Shown here: piece by piece, positions 13,856 through 28,258 of the stretch
Layout of the letters: each line of letters opens with the position of its first letter
How positions within the stretch are numbered: the stretch's first letter is position 1
NCBI RefSeq assembly: GCF_009914755.1
Contig: NC_060934.1
DNA from: the human T2T-CHM13v2.0 reference genome, Homo sapiens
Strand: one strand, 5' to 3'
DNA: 64,000 nucleotides
Notes under the pieces: model-generated
The model's input: only the letters and a program-made list of their open reading frames with translations
Told to the model about the DNA's origin: nothing
The model's database searches: none
Translations under genes and position numbers: made by a program

Positions 13856-14479
13856 TACCCTCAAATCTTCTTTTCTTCAGAAAATTTAAATTCTTTTAAA
13901 TTGAAGTAGCCATTTTGGAAAGACAGAAGCATAAGTAAATAATATTGAACTAGGTGATGAGATAATCCAGTATTTGGCCTGATTAAAGGTAAATATTTGT
14001 CAGTTCCAACATTGAATACTTGGCATTATTTGTTGTGGGAATATTTATTTATTATATTGGAATATAATAACTTTTAATATATATAATACACTAAATACAT
14101 AATATATAATTAATATTATAATATATAATATTAATATATTATAGTTGAATATTTTATATTATGCAATGTTTATTATATATTTATTATATGTCAATATTTT
14201 AATATATCAGAGAGAACAATACATATAATCTTTGGAGTTCAGAAAAAGTGAAATAGGCCTGAAGTTCATTTCTTAGAAGGTGCCTAGATATACTAGAAAC
14301 ATGAAGAATGAAATTAATAAACTCGTAGGATGACTTCTTCCTTTGCCATGAATCGTTGAGGGTTGTAATTATACAAATTTGGACTCACAGACAAGTACTT
14401 TTACATTTTGAAATGTTTCACCAAATAAATATTAGTTTATTTATTAATATTTATTTAAGTTTCTTTCTTTTTCTCTCTC

Positions 14480-16400
14480 CCACTCATTTATTTGTTACAG
14501 TATTTGTTCAAAAAGTACAAAATGTCCACGTGACAGGCCCCTTACCTGGTACTAAGTAATATAAACATGACTATGAAGCATTGATTTCCTTAATCTCAAG
14601 GAGGCAACCCTCCTTGGAGCAGTCCATCATGTGACTAATTATCATGCAATAGCGTCAGAGTGAGACATATGTCTAAAGTGTGGGTGAGCCAAGAGTAAGT
14701 GATAATTTCCAGTTTAGGGGTTGAGGATGATTTTACAGAGTAGGTAATAAATGAACGCAAGCTTACCTGGTAGGGAATAGGGAGGGAAAGGTGTTGCAGA
14801 AATAGCACAAGTTAAGGCATGGAGGTATAGGCACAACTAGTTTGTTGGCAGTGCTCTAAGTCAGAGGTCCTCAACCCTCAGGCCACGGACAGGTAACTGG
14901 TCCATAGACTGTTAGGAACTGGGCTGCACAGCAGGAGGTGGGCAGCAGATGTGCGAGCGAAGCTTCATCTGTATTTACAGCCGTTCCCCATCGCTTGCAT
15001 TACTGCCCAAGCTCCGCCTACTCTGAGATCACTGGCCGCATTAGGTTCTCATAGGAACACAAACCGTACTGTGAACTGCGCCTGTGAGGGATCTAGGTTG
15101 CGTGTCCCAGGAGAATCTAAAGCCAGATGACCTGTCACTGTTTCCCATCACCCCTACATGGGACCCTTGTTGCAAGAAAACAAGCTCAGGGCTCCCACTG
15201 ATTCTAAATTAATGCGAGTTGTAGAATTATCTCATTATATATTACAATGTAATAATAATAGAAATAAAGTATGCAATAAATGTAATGTCCTTGAATCATC
15301 CCAAAGCCATCCTCCCACCCCATCCCGTGGAAAAACTGTCTTCCATAAAACTGATCCCTGGTGCCAAAATGGTTGGGGACTGCTGTTCTAAGTGGTTCAG
15401 CTTGAAGGGTGCTTAAAGTGGGGAAGTGGTAAAAGAAGCACGTGGGGGCAGTTTGCTAAAGGCCCTGCAGGAATGCTAAGGAGTTTAGATTTTATCTCCT
15501 AGAAAAATGATCAGATCTGTGTTCTAGAAAAAACCTGTACCAACAAGCATACAAATGTATGCTCTTGGCTTTCAAGCTTACAATTTAGTTAAAGGGGGTA
15601 AAAAATAAGTAATATAATGTTTAAGTTATAAAAGATTAAAAATAAAAAAATGCAGTGAGTGTTCAGAAACTAGAGAAATCTTAACCAACTGAGGATGATC
15701 AGAAAAAATATTTATGAAAGAGATTGTTCACATTTGAACTGGGGCTTGAATTTATGACGGGGGTGTAGATATATATAGAAAAAGGCGAGGAAGGACCGTC
15801 AAAGTAGAAGAAACAGCACGCCCAACACTCAGCAGGTGGACAGGAGCAACATGGGTGAAGGGCATGGACTTTACAGCTCAGATGGTTGACCAAGGAGAAG
15901 ACAAGAAAGTCCTTGATCTAAGTTAAGTAATTTGAGCTTTATTCAATAGGGACATTCGAGGAGAGTGTGATCAGAGATGTGATTCCAGATGGTTTACCTG
16001 GGAACAATATCTGTGATGCCTCATTGAGAAGAGAGAAGCCTGGGCCAGCAATGATGTTTCAGGCATAAGAGGAAGATCTGAGTGTGGATGTTGACAGTGA
16101 GTCTGACAGGAGGGAATGAATGAAGGAGACACCATTGAAGGAGGATCAACAGGGCCTGGCTCGACTCATGGAATGAGGGAGGCAGGGACTTTAAGGGTGT
16201 CAAAGATGATGTGAATGTTTCCAGCTTGTGACTCAAATAATAGCAGTTCTAATAACAGGAACAGGGAAGGCATGAAGAAGAGCTCTTTGGAGAGAAAAGC
16301 ATTTCTTAAGATTTGGATATGATGACTTTATGCTTCAGATAAAGTATCTGAAAGGCCCAGAATGTATTGGCAATGCTGGGCTGGGAGTTTTGGAAAGAGA
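14480..16400 (-). mobile_element. L2 fragments (interrupted by MER1A)
   Basis: degenerate L2 3' motifs such as gctaaggagtttagatttta. Confidence 0.55.
14862..15385 (+). mobile_element. MER1A-like hAT MITE
   Basis: cag.ggtcc.caacc / ggttggggactgctg termini, 8-bp TSD ctctaagt/ttctaagt, 524 bp. Confidence 0.9.
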
Positions 16401-17639
16401 ATGGATTTTGTGATGAACTTTTAAAAGCTATTGTTAACTCCTGTATGGGACATTTTTCAGGCAGAACTACAACGATTGCAGCAAGCATTTATGGATTCAC
16501 TAGTATCTGACACTCATTAAATACAATTGTTAAAGTATGGGTCTTCATCTCTCAGAATGATAATCTCTCTAGGGTAAGAATTTCCTTGGATGCTATGAGA
16601 TCAATGAAATCTAATGCTATCTTTTTCTTTCAACAAATATTGACCAAGTGCCTGTGATGATAGACCTATTGCTATGTGCTGGGGGCCCAGAGATGAACAA
16701 AACCCAGCTTGTCTCAGAATAGTTCGATCTGGAGGAGGAGAGTAAAATGTAAATACCTAACAATTCTATAATATCCTAAGTGTTATAAGAGAGTCATTAT
16801 AAATTGCTGTAAAAACACAGAAAAGGATGTGGTTTTTAAAAATATCCTATATTATCATTGTAGGTCTTTGTACTTTTTAATTTAAAAATGCTTATTAAGT
16901 ACCTACTAAGTCCCAGACATTGTGCTTGTCACTTGGGATGCAGATATAAATAACATGTAGTCTTCTGAGAGCTCCTACTGATGAATGTATTAAATGTTAT
17001 TCATACTTATCTTACAGGTATGGCTGAAAACATTGATTCTTGAGGTGTTGCTTGGAAAAAAAAACAGCCAGTTGTAACTAGTGAAGCTTTTAGAGGGTGA
17101 TTTTTCTATAGTGTGGGCACTCACAGCGTGTCCGGCACACTGCTTGGTGCTGTTGAATAGTTAATTCTCTAATTACTGCAGGTCTGCATGCCAGTGTGGA
17201 CTGGCTGCCATGAATACCAGGAAAGGTTTCAACCAAATAAAACATCCAGGACTTGGAAGTACTCTTGTTCATAATCTCTTCTTTGTCTAATTCTTGCATA
17301 ATGTAACAAAGTTTTTATGAAAAGGCTGTGCCTCATAAATGTTGGAAATTTTAATATTATAATAGTCAGAAACAAAAAGTTAGGAAAAACTAAGAAATAA
17401 TGTTAGCTATTTTCTATGAGCGTTTAAAAATTGAGAAACTGACTAAGAATATCTGTAGATTGAATTGCTCATCACTTTAAGTTAACATAGTAGCCAAAAT
17501 GGCAAGTTTCTATTACGTTAAAGTATATCATGAAGCCTATGTACAATCATGTAAGGTTATATTTAGCTATATGTGAACATCAATTTGCCCATACACCCAT
17601 TAACATAGTTGAACAATGACAGCACCAAAAAATTAACAG

Positions 17640-17830
17640 GTAATATAGTACTTACTATGTCCAGGTGCTATTCAGACAATAAATAATTCAATCATCTTAT
17701 TTAGCATATGAGCTAGGAACCACGATCATCCCCATTTTACAGGTAAGGAAAGGAATAGTGAGGCTTACTAGCCCAAGGTCACACTGCTAATAAGTGGCAG
17801 AGGCAGAATTTGGACCCAGCATTCGGGCTC
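17640..17830 (-). mobile_element. MIR
   Basis: ccccattttacaggtaaggaa...cccaaggtcacac core. Confidence 0.75.
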
Positions 17831-18069
17831 TGAAAACAATAATGATAACTCCCATATTATACTGCCACACAGATAAGAGGAAAAGATTAGCTATGTTTGT
17901 TATTGAACTCGGAACATCTTATAGCAGGGTCTGTTTGTATTAATTGGGATGCTTACACACAGAAATGAGTTAGGGAAAAATATTCTGAAAGTGCCTAATC
18001 CTGGTTTGGAAAAAAAATATTACCTTTTAAATGCTTATTATCTAACACCTTGTAACCTTAAAGTAACTT

Positions 18070-18346
18070 TCAAGAGTGACTCAGTTTGTGCTTAACCAAA
18101 ATATTACTAATAATGAAACAGCAAAACCTTGGAAGTTTCCATTGCCAATCACAAGATGTAAGGCACACCCCGATAATTTTATTTACTTTGCAGAGCATAA
18201 GGTGGAATAACATGTTCTTTGAAACGCAGAGTTTAAACATTGAGTTGCATCATTGTGAGGAAAACCACTTAGTATTTTATAGTGAGGTGACTTTACAAGT
18301 AAAGATCTTCAAGAAGATTTTTATGTGATTTAAAAAATCAGCTTAG
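18070..18346 (+). promoter_or_regulatory. Probable PNLIPRP3 proximal promoter/5'UTR
   Basis: unique DNA upstream of the ATG with TGACTCA (18077), GGAAGTTTCC (18131), ATTGCCAAT (18141); TSS not visible from sequence. Confidence 0.4.
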
Positions 18347-18395
18347 ATGCTTGGAATTTGGATTGTTGCATTCTTGTTCTTTGGCACATCAAGAG
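18347..18395 (+). CDS. PNLIPRP3: PNLIPRP3 coding exon 1, signal peptide MLGIWIVAFLFFGTSR(G)
   Basis: ATG at 18347, hydrophobic leader, 49 nt, donor G|GTAAG at 18396 (phase 1). Confidence 0.95.
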
Positions 18396-19392
18396 GTAAG
18401 ATTCATAATTTATAATAAGTTCTTTAAAAATAATGAGTATACTTACATCTAAAATGTAATTGACATGAACTTATTCTTTAGAAATTACTATTGCTAATTT
18501 CATTCTTAAGTAGTTTATTGTTTTTATGAATATGTTTAAAATATTGGCTGCTTATATTTCTTTGTATTTATTTATTTTTTCACTTAACATAAAATTATCA
18601 ATGGAAAATGCATCACTTAATACTGAATGAGTCTTATGAACATAAAGAAGCATCTATTTCCAACAATATAAAAGAGTTGCCGGACAGTCTTGTGTTGGGC
18701 TCCTAGCTCTGCCACTTACTAGTCTTATGGGCTTAGACATTGAAGTCTCAATTTCTTAATTTCTAAGAAGGGTACATAGTAATAAATGAGAAAATATATA
18801 CAAATTTCCAAATTCTGTAGCTGACTCATAGTAGATACTCAATAATTGAATGAATTAACTAATTATTAATGTCAGTTGGAATGTCCATTTTTTTTCCACT
18901 TCAGTCACAGTTTTCTGGAGGGCTGTTAGTCTGTGGACATTTCTTAAACATTAACTCAGTATTCATTGACATGTTTGCTCTTTATACTATGGACTCCTTA
19001 GACATTACAATGTAAGGAGTTAGTGATTTTGGCTACTTTTACCATCCATGTTTAATATTGTGCCTATAAGCAAACATTAAAATTAGTTGATTTATTTTAA
19101 CCAAACTAGAATCAAATAATTTTAATGTTGAAAGAGATCAACCCCTTTGTTGTAAAGTATCACGTAGTTGGTTGAGATAGTATGGTGGTAAGAAGACAGT
19201 CGTCACATCTAACATTCAGTTCAACCACCGGTTTGAATTCTGAATCTTCTTGGGTTTTAGTCCTCGTTCTGCTGCTTGGTAGTTGCTTAACTTTAAACAA
19301 GTACTTAACCTTTCTAAGCCCAGAAGATTGATCTGTAGAAACAGGACAGTAACCAAAATAAAATTATAGGGTTGTGCCAATTAAATAAGATG

Positions 19393-19719
19393 CAAGTTGA
19401 CCATCTCGAATCCAAAAATCTAAAATCTAAACTTCTCCAAAATCTGAAACATTTTGAGCACTAACATGATGCCACAAGCAGAATATTTCACATACAAATA
19501 CTTAAAACAAACTTTGTTTCATGCATAAAATTATTAAAATACTGTATAAAATTACCTTTAGCCTATGTGTATAAGGTATATATGAAACATAAATGAATTT
19601 TGTGTTAAGACTTGGACCCTGTCCCCAAGATATCTTATTGTGTATATGCAAACATTCCAAAACACAAAATCTGAAACACTTCTGGTCCCAAGCGTTTTGG
19701 ATAAGGGATACTCAATCTG
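19393..19719 (+). mobile_element. Tigger4/MER46 (Zombi) element nested in a MIR
   Basis: ca.gttga.catc...aatcc and ggataagggatactcaa.ctg termini. Confidence 0.8.
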
Positions 19720-22700
19720 CAATTCATGTAAAATGCTTGGCATGGGATTTGGGACATATTAGTAGTGAGCAATCAATAAATGTTCGCTCTTATTTACACA
19801 GATGAAGAAAACAAAACACAGAGAGATTCGTTGTGTAACATCTTGGCGCTAGCTTGTGGAATTGGCCAATCTTGACTTTCAGTTCAGTGTTTTTCAGTCC
19901 CTGGCCTCCAGCTCTTCTCTATTGGATAAAAAATGAAGGAGATAGGACTATCATTAGTTTTCATATTTCAAGAACTATATTCTATTTTGCATGATTCTCC
20001 TGCCCCAGGACAGTCCTAATTGAGTGCTGAAAGCAGTTAGACTGGTGAAGGCAGAATTAAGAAATAGGCAGTTTGCCCTGATCTGCTGAGATGATATTTA
20101 AAGCCATGACTACAGACAGGATCATCAAGGGAGTGACTGCAGGTAGAGAAGGAAGATGGAACTACTGAGTCCTAGGACACTTCCTCATTAAGAAATCAGG
20201 AAGATGAAGGCAAACTAGCAAACAAGACTGCCAAGAAGTACTCAGTGAAGTGGTAGGAAACCTAGGAGAGTCAGCATCCTAGAAGTCAATTTAAGATGAA
20301 AGAAATAACAGCATGTTTGTGTGAGGCTAGGAATGATCCAGCAGAGAGGAGGAAAGTTGGTAAAGCAGGAGAAAGAGAAGGGAGTAATGTTGTGCCTTAC
20401 CCCTCAGTAGGTGAGAGAAGATGGAGTCTTAATAGGATGAAGGTTTGCCTTTGCGAGAAACAAAGACAGTTCATCTCTTGTGAACAGAGTGAAGGCAAAA
20501 TAGAAGGGCAGATATCTGCAGGTAGCTGGATAGACACGCTGGGAGCTTGTAAAAGGTCTCTTCTCTTTGTTTCTGGTTTCCTATTGAAATAGGAAACAGG
20601 GTCATCAGCCAAGAGGATTGGTGGGCATGAAGATGTTGGAGGTTTGAGAGGCAAGAAGAATGAAATAACCCAGGAGTCTGGGAAAATGAAGGGCCTAGGA
20701 AAATATGATATGATGGCTGGGTAGCTTTAAGATCTGCTTTAATTTCATAACCACAAATTAAAAGTGAGATAGTCAGTACGGTATGTGATTTCCTCCAGGC
20801 ACATTCAGCTGCACAGGTGTAGACAGGAAATAGGTGAAGTGTTGGGTTTAACCAGAGTTGTGGTTAAGCCAAGTGAAGCAAGAACAGGAGAGAAGTTCAA
20901 GGAGAGTACAGGGGTATGGTTTTAATTGACTGTAGGATTTACACTGGATAAGAAGGGAATTGAGGAGAGAAATGTCTGCCTAATAAGAAGTTATTTTAAC
21001 AAAATACATACTTATGTAAAATTTAGATAATACATATATTTCTCCTACACACCACATATCTATTACACAACTGCCATAAATTTAACAATTGAGCTTACAT
21101 TCATTTGTATTATTACCTATATCTCATCTATTAAATCTGTAACAGAGTCCATTGCCTTCAATCTTCTGGTACCTACCATTTATGCTAATGACTTCCAAAT
21201 GTAATCTCTCCAGCTGAACTTCTCCCTGGAATCCCAGTCTCGTATATGCAAGGTAGCTCCACTTAGGTATCTAATTCATATAGAATCTACATATCCAAAA
21301 CTGAACTCTCAATATCTACCCCCAAATCTGTTCGTCTCAAAGTTTTCACAATTAATGGCCTTCCAGATGCTCTGGCCAAAACACCTTGCATCATCCTTGA
21401 CTTTTCTTTCTGTCATACCTCACTGCCAATCAGTCAGCACAACTCTTTGGATCCTCCCTCAAAATCCATGCAGAACCTGACCACTTGTAACCACACCACT
21501 GCTACCACCCTAGTCTTAGCCACCACTGACTTTTATCTAGTTTGTTATAATAGTCTCCTAACTGGCCTCTTCCTCTACCTTGCCCAGAAGCTAACCCAAG
21601 TCAGTCCATGTCACTTTTCTGCTCAGAGCCCTCCAGTGGCTTCCCATCTCACTTCAGAGTAAGAGCCAGTGAACTACCAAATGCTACATGCTTTAGCCCT
21701 CTGTTACCTCCTAGCATTAACCCCTGCTCCTCATCCACCTACCCCTATTCAAACTCCTGGGGGCCAGATGCATTACAAATGTTAGGGTTTTTTTTATTAT
21801 TTTGAAACATGCTATGGTAAACATACTGTATATAATACATAATTTCCAGAAAAATCTAGGACAGAACCCCATATTTAATCACATGCATATTTATGTAGTA
21901 AAATACATGACTACGATCCCACATAATTTAATCTCATATTAAATGGGATAAAGACTATAAACAGCTTTAGGTCTGTTATTGCTGCCAAACTAGTTACTGC
22001 AAACTAGAAAACAAATAAATGAACAAGCCCAAAAGCAACTATTTTTCCCCAGAGATTTTTAGATTTTGAAATTGCAGAGTAAGTCATTGTGGAGCTATGT
22101 CTTCTCCCTGTCTCCATTCCCTGGGCCCTAGTCCCGGTGCCTCCTCATTCCTCAGTCACAGTAGGCTCTCTGCTTCCTTGCAGAGTCTTGTGCTTTCCTT
22201 CCCTCTGTCTGGAATGCTGTCCCACACATCTGCATGCGGTTTGCTCCTCTCCCCCCCAGGTCTTGATGCAAATGCTACCCTGGACACCCTATTTAAACTG
22301 CAAACCCCTCCTCACCTAAACACACAAACACCCTCATCCCTTCCCTGCTTTAGGTTCCTCCTAGCACCTGTCACTGTTTTAATGTAGCCATTTTTGAAAA
22401 ACGTATTCTTATTTATTGTCTGTCTCTACATCCCCTAACTAGATTATATACTCCATGAGGGCTAGAATTGTTTTCTCCAATGCTGAATTCCAGTGCTAAT
22501 AGCATCTGGCAAATAATAGGCACAAACAAATATTTCTTGAATAGATTATCGAACCTACTTTCCAGCTTTTCTATGTCTTTGGAAAAGCCTGCTCACAGTA
22601 AGATAGAGAAGTGACTCCTTTAGAGAGTGGAAATTAGGAAGATAAGAACTAATATGCCAATTTACATGATTTCTTAACCAATTAACACTAGCTTCATGTA

Positions 22701-23166
22701 ATGTGCTGTTTTTCAAATGTTTCTTTAAAGAATTCTTAGGCCAAAGGGGAAATAAAGCATTTCAACTAGAGAATATATTAAAATACAATGACTCAAGAAC
22801 TGAAGAAACTGGAAAATAAAATAAGTAAAGGTGAAGAAAGCATTTAAGTAATAAAAATAAAAATATAAGTAGAAGTGAATCATACAAACAGGAAAGATAG
22901 AATTCATAAACCTATGTGGCAGTTGCTTAATAAAACTAACGATGCCATGATGGCAAATTTAAATAAAGTGAAATAACCTCAGATGTGGATGAAGTTAAAA
23001 TGACTAGACTTTGCATAAATTTATGGTAAAAGAATTGAAATTCTAGATGAAAGTCTTACTACTTACACCAGAATAAATCCCAGGTGGGTAAACATTCAAA
23101 AGTAAAAGATAAAACATTAGAAAGAAGTATGAAAGAAAAGTGTGTAATTGTTAATAGTCTTGGAGT

Positions 23167-23666
<500 letters not shown>

Positions 23667-25949
23667 CTACTCTTTGAAGAGTTTTTACAAATAAATAAGC
23701 AAAAACAAACTTTAGAAAAATATGCATAGGACACAAAGATCTCATCCACAAAAGAGGTACAAATGGCTAGAAATGCACAAAAGGATATTCAAAGTTTCTG
23801 ATAATTAAATAAATGCAAATTAAAATAACAACGGGTTTTCATTCTCGTAGGACATGTAAGGTTGTCATACTGGTGGTACTTACAGAAACTGAAATCTACA
23901 TACCCTTCCATAGTATGTAGATTGTATTGTTGTTCCCCATATTGACTCTCCATCCCTGTAAGACCATTATACACATTCATCTTTGACCACATGACATGGA
24001 AGAGAGTATTCTAAGTCTAGACACCTTTAAGAGCCTTTGCACGGTTCCACAGTTGCATCATTTTCCTTTGCCCCAACAGACACAGGCTCAAAACAGAGCC
24101 TACTCATTTAGCTTGGATCCTGCAATGCAGAAGGCTGGTAAATCAGAGCTAGGCCCAACCTAAAACCACTGCAGCCAAAGGATAACATGAGCAAGAAATA
24201 AACCTTAATTTTTGTAAGCCAGTGAGATGTGAGGGGCTGTTTATTACCATAAAGTAACCTAGCAAAAGCTAGGCTATATCTCCCAATTCCACTTAGTGAT
24301 AGAGTGACCGGCATAAGGGTTCAATTATTTTCCTGCCACAAATAGCAATACATTTCTCTTAGATCATCACTTTTTCTAAGTCTTCATTTTTTCACATGTA
24401 TGACACATAAGGCTAAATCTGTTTTTGGTATTTTTTATTAGCAGTAGTAAGACAAAAAGAAAAAACCAGACTGGGCATCATTTGGTAAAGAAGTACTCTT
24501 TCTCTCCTTTTGTGACCTTTTTATTATTATAAAGGTAATTCATATTTATTACTGAAAATTTGATAACATAGACAAGTATAAATGAGAAAATTAAAACCAC
24601 TGGGATTCACCATTAATATTTTGGTACCTTTCTTTTAATTTTACTTTTTTCCATTACAGATATTATTACAAATTCTCTATAAACATTTTTAATGGCTGCA
24701 TAATATTCCTCAATACCATAATTTTAAAACTATATCCTTTATTATTGGCCACTTAAGTTATTGACCCAATTTCAATGTATTAACTTTATAGCAAACATTA
24801 TTTTTACAGAACTATTAATCTTTCAATCTTTTCTTAAGTGGCTTTAATACCTTATAATATTGCTCACTGTGCTTTATCACATCCATTTTCCTTTAACTTT
24901 ACACTCTCTGTGAGCATTTTCTTATGGAAAAAAGAGCACAGTGGTAGATAACCCTGGTAAGCGATAAACATAGAAAATAAGGACTAGTTATAAAAATCTT
25001 CATTTTAAAATCCATAGACTGAATAATGTAGTTGAGGACCTGGAGAAAAAAGCAACAGAATGCAAAAAATAAGGGCAACTGGGCATTCTAGGGAAAACAG
25101 AAGGCTGTTTTAGAAAGCCATGATCCAACTATGAAGTCACTGGTTCAAATTAGAAAAGGATCAGAATGGATTCCAGGCAGGAGAAATATTAAGAAGCTGC
25201 AATATAATAGGAATATATTGAAGAAGGCACATGTTCATTCTTCCAGGAAGAGAAAAAAAGGCAACCAGAGAATATAGGAAAACACAAACAGTACAAGAGA
25301 GGCATGATCCAAATATGGAGTAACCTACGATGACACTGATCCTGAGTAATTCAAATATTAGGAAAGACAATTCATTTGAATCATCTCCTTTGAAGAGAAT
25401 GAGTGTCTGAACAATGGAAGTGCAGTAAAGGAAATGTAATTATAGCATGCGAGTTGATTGAAGCCAAAAATATTTATCTAGTTATAATAATATAAATTCT
25501 GTTCATTGATTTTCAACTTTTTGGAGTCAGCATGCAGACAAAACATAGAAGGATTAATTTTGCTTATAGAGCAAAGTCTGAATATTATCAATTTTGATAG
25601 TATGAAAACAACATTATGAAGCTGACAGACCTTGGAAGCTGGAAGGGAGGAAGAGAGGGAGAGTCAGTACCTCTAAAATCTTCCTCTTAGGAAACTGGGA
25701 GTCAGGTTCTAATGAATATGTTGTATGGATCAAAAAATAGAAGGTTACTGTTTAAATTTATAATAGAAGCCAATAAATGAGCCAAAAAAAAAAAACCAAC
25801 CAAACAAAAAACAAAACAGTGTATTGACCGCATTGGAGGAAGAGGTGAGACAAAGTGAAGAGTGGGATGCGCTGGGTTATTGAGCTGTTATCTCTCGGCT
25901 TCAAGCCTGCCCTTCTGGCTGAGCTTTGCTGAGGCTGGAATGTGGCCAG

Positions 25950-26960
25950 TACCATCCTAACAAGTGTGGGATGATATCTCATTAAGGTTTTGGTTTACAT
26001 TTCCATAGTGATTCACGATGTTGAGCATCTTTTCATATGGCTGTTGGCCATTTGTATGCTTCTTAAGGAAAATGTCTGTCCAGGTCTTTGCCTATTTTAA
26101 AATTTAGTTATTTGCTTTTTGCTATTAAGTTGTGTGAGTTCCTTAGGTAATTTTTTTACAGAAATAGAGAAAACAATCCTAAAGTTGTTGTGGAACCACA
26201 AAAGACTCCAAATAACAAAGCAATCTTAAGAAAGAAGAACAAAGCTGGAAGCAGCACACTTCCTGATTCAAAACTATATTTACTACAAAATTATATTAAT
26301 CAAGACAGTGTGATACTGACATAAAAACAGACACATAAACAAATGGAACAGAGTAGAGCGTGCAGAAATACACCCATGTGTATATGGTCAACTAGTCTTT
26401 GACAAGGGTGCCAAGAATATGCAATGAGGAAATGATTGGCTTATTCACCAAATGGTGTTGGGAAAATTGGATATCCACATTCAAAAGAATAAAATTGAAC
26501 CCTTACGCCATATACAAAATTATAAACCTGTGTGTATATGGTCAGCTAGTCTTTGACAAGGGTGCCAAGAATATAACAATGAGGAAATGATAGGTTTGTT
26601 CAACAAATGGTATGGGAATATTGGATATCCACATACAAAAGAATGAAATTGAACCCTTACCTTATGCCATATACAAAATTAACTTGGAATAAAGACTTAA
26701 ATGTAAGACTTGAAATTATAAAACTCCTATGAGAAAACATACGAAAAATCTCCTTGTTGCTGGCTTTAGCAATGATCATTTTGGAATATGACAACAAAAG
26801 CACAGGCAACGAAATAAAATAAATAAACAAGTGGGATTGCATTAAACAAAAAAGCTTCTGCACAGTAAAGGAACTAGTCAACAAAATGAAAAGGCAACCC
26901 TATAGAATAGGAGAAAATATTTTCAAGCCATAAATCCAATAAGGGGTTAATTTCCAAAAT
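25950..26960. mobile_element. L1M ORF2/3' fragment with inversion and internal 154-bp tandem duplication
   Basis: antisense part 25950-26148, sense part 26150-26960; tandem units 26368-26521 and 26522-26680. Confidence 0.85.
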
Positions 26961-27046
26961 TAAATTCTACTTTAACTCATAGTGAGAAACACAGCCTCTC
27001 TCTAAGCCTGGTTCCTCTATACTGACACTCCACCTTTCTGCTGCAG

Positions 27047-27201
27047 GAAAAGAAGTTTGCTATGAAAGGTTAGGGTGTTTCAAAGATGGTTTACCATGGA
27101 CCAGGACTTTCTCAACAGAGTTGGTAGGTTTACCCTGGTCTCCAGAGAAGATAAACACTCGTTTCCTGCTCTACACTATACACAATCCCAATGCCTATCA
27201 G
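27047..27201 (+). CDS. PNLIPRP3: PNLIPRP3 coding exon 2 (G)[17 protein letters not shown]...HNPNAYQ
   Basis: acceptor ctttctgctgcag, 155 nt, donor CAG|GTAAGC; pancreatic-lipase N-terminal KEVCY..LGCF motif. Confidence 0.96.
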
Positions 27202-28060
27202 GTAAGCTAACTTGCAGCCTTCACACATGGATTATTCTAAAATATAAGATTTGCCTATAGATACAGAAGACATAGATACAGTAACCTATTCTGACATATG
27301 CTATTGACTTAAATGCAAACATTTCTTTTCAGTATTATGAGTCAGATTTTTTCTATGTTATCTGTTCTATATTATCTGTTCTGATATATCTGATTTAAAT
27401 ATGAAGATTGCTCTTATGTTATTTCATAACAGGTAAACTTGATATTATGTTCAGTCAATGTACCAACTGAGAACCTTCCATCTGTAAGACTGAATAAGCA
27501 ACAATGCCTATTGTCTATTGAATTGAATAAACAGAACAGTCTTGACTTTATTGCAGTGGGAGAAATGACATGTACAAACAAATACCTTTCTTGCAACACA
27601 AATTATGATCTGTGATGTAAGATGCAACTGAAAGACTCTGGGAACAAAGTGAAGAAGAGCTCACCTTGAGGTCAGGGATGGAACCAGGTAACATTTTGAG
27701 GAGGACATGTATTTGAGGTGTATCCTGCAGGATGGGCAAAGTGCTCACAAGCAGAGATAAGCAGGGTAATGGCAAAGGAAGTGGCATGAACATAAAGGAG
27801 AGAAACCACAGGCCTGTCTGATGAATGACGTGTTGGGTTAGTCTGTGGGCAGAGAAGGAGTCTTCAAAAGTAAGGTTAGTTAGAAAAGTAGTTGAGGAAC
27901 AAATTGTATAGTTCCTTCCTGTGGAGTTTGTACTTCATCCTGTAAGCCATGGGGCCCCATTGAGAGCTTTTCAGAGATGCTTTAGGGCATTTACTCTGGC
28001 TGCTGTTGCTCTCTTGTCTGAAGCTGGAAGAGACTAGAGGTGACTATGAGGCCATTTAGA

Positions 28061-28258
28061 ACTGTGCTGTCCAACATAGTAGCCACTAGCCACATGTGAC
28101 TATTAAAATTACAATTAAATAAAATTAAAAACTCAATTCATCAGCCACACCAGCCACATTTCAAGTGCTCAATAGCCACATGTGGCTAGTGGCTACCATA
28201 CTGGACATTACAGATATAGAATATTTCCGTCATCACAGAAAGGTCCATTTGACAATGT
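28061..28258. mobile_element. MER3-like hAT MITE
   Basis: gctgtccaa...gccactagccacatgtg / cacatgtggctagtggc internal palindrome. Confidence 0.8.

Noticed and set aside
14040-14210. Extremely AT-rich quasi-palindromic tract
   Set aside because: Low-complexity sequence; pairing is expected by chance
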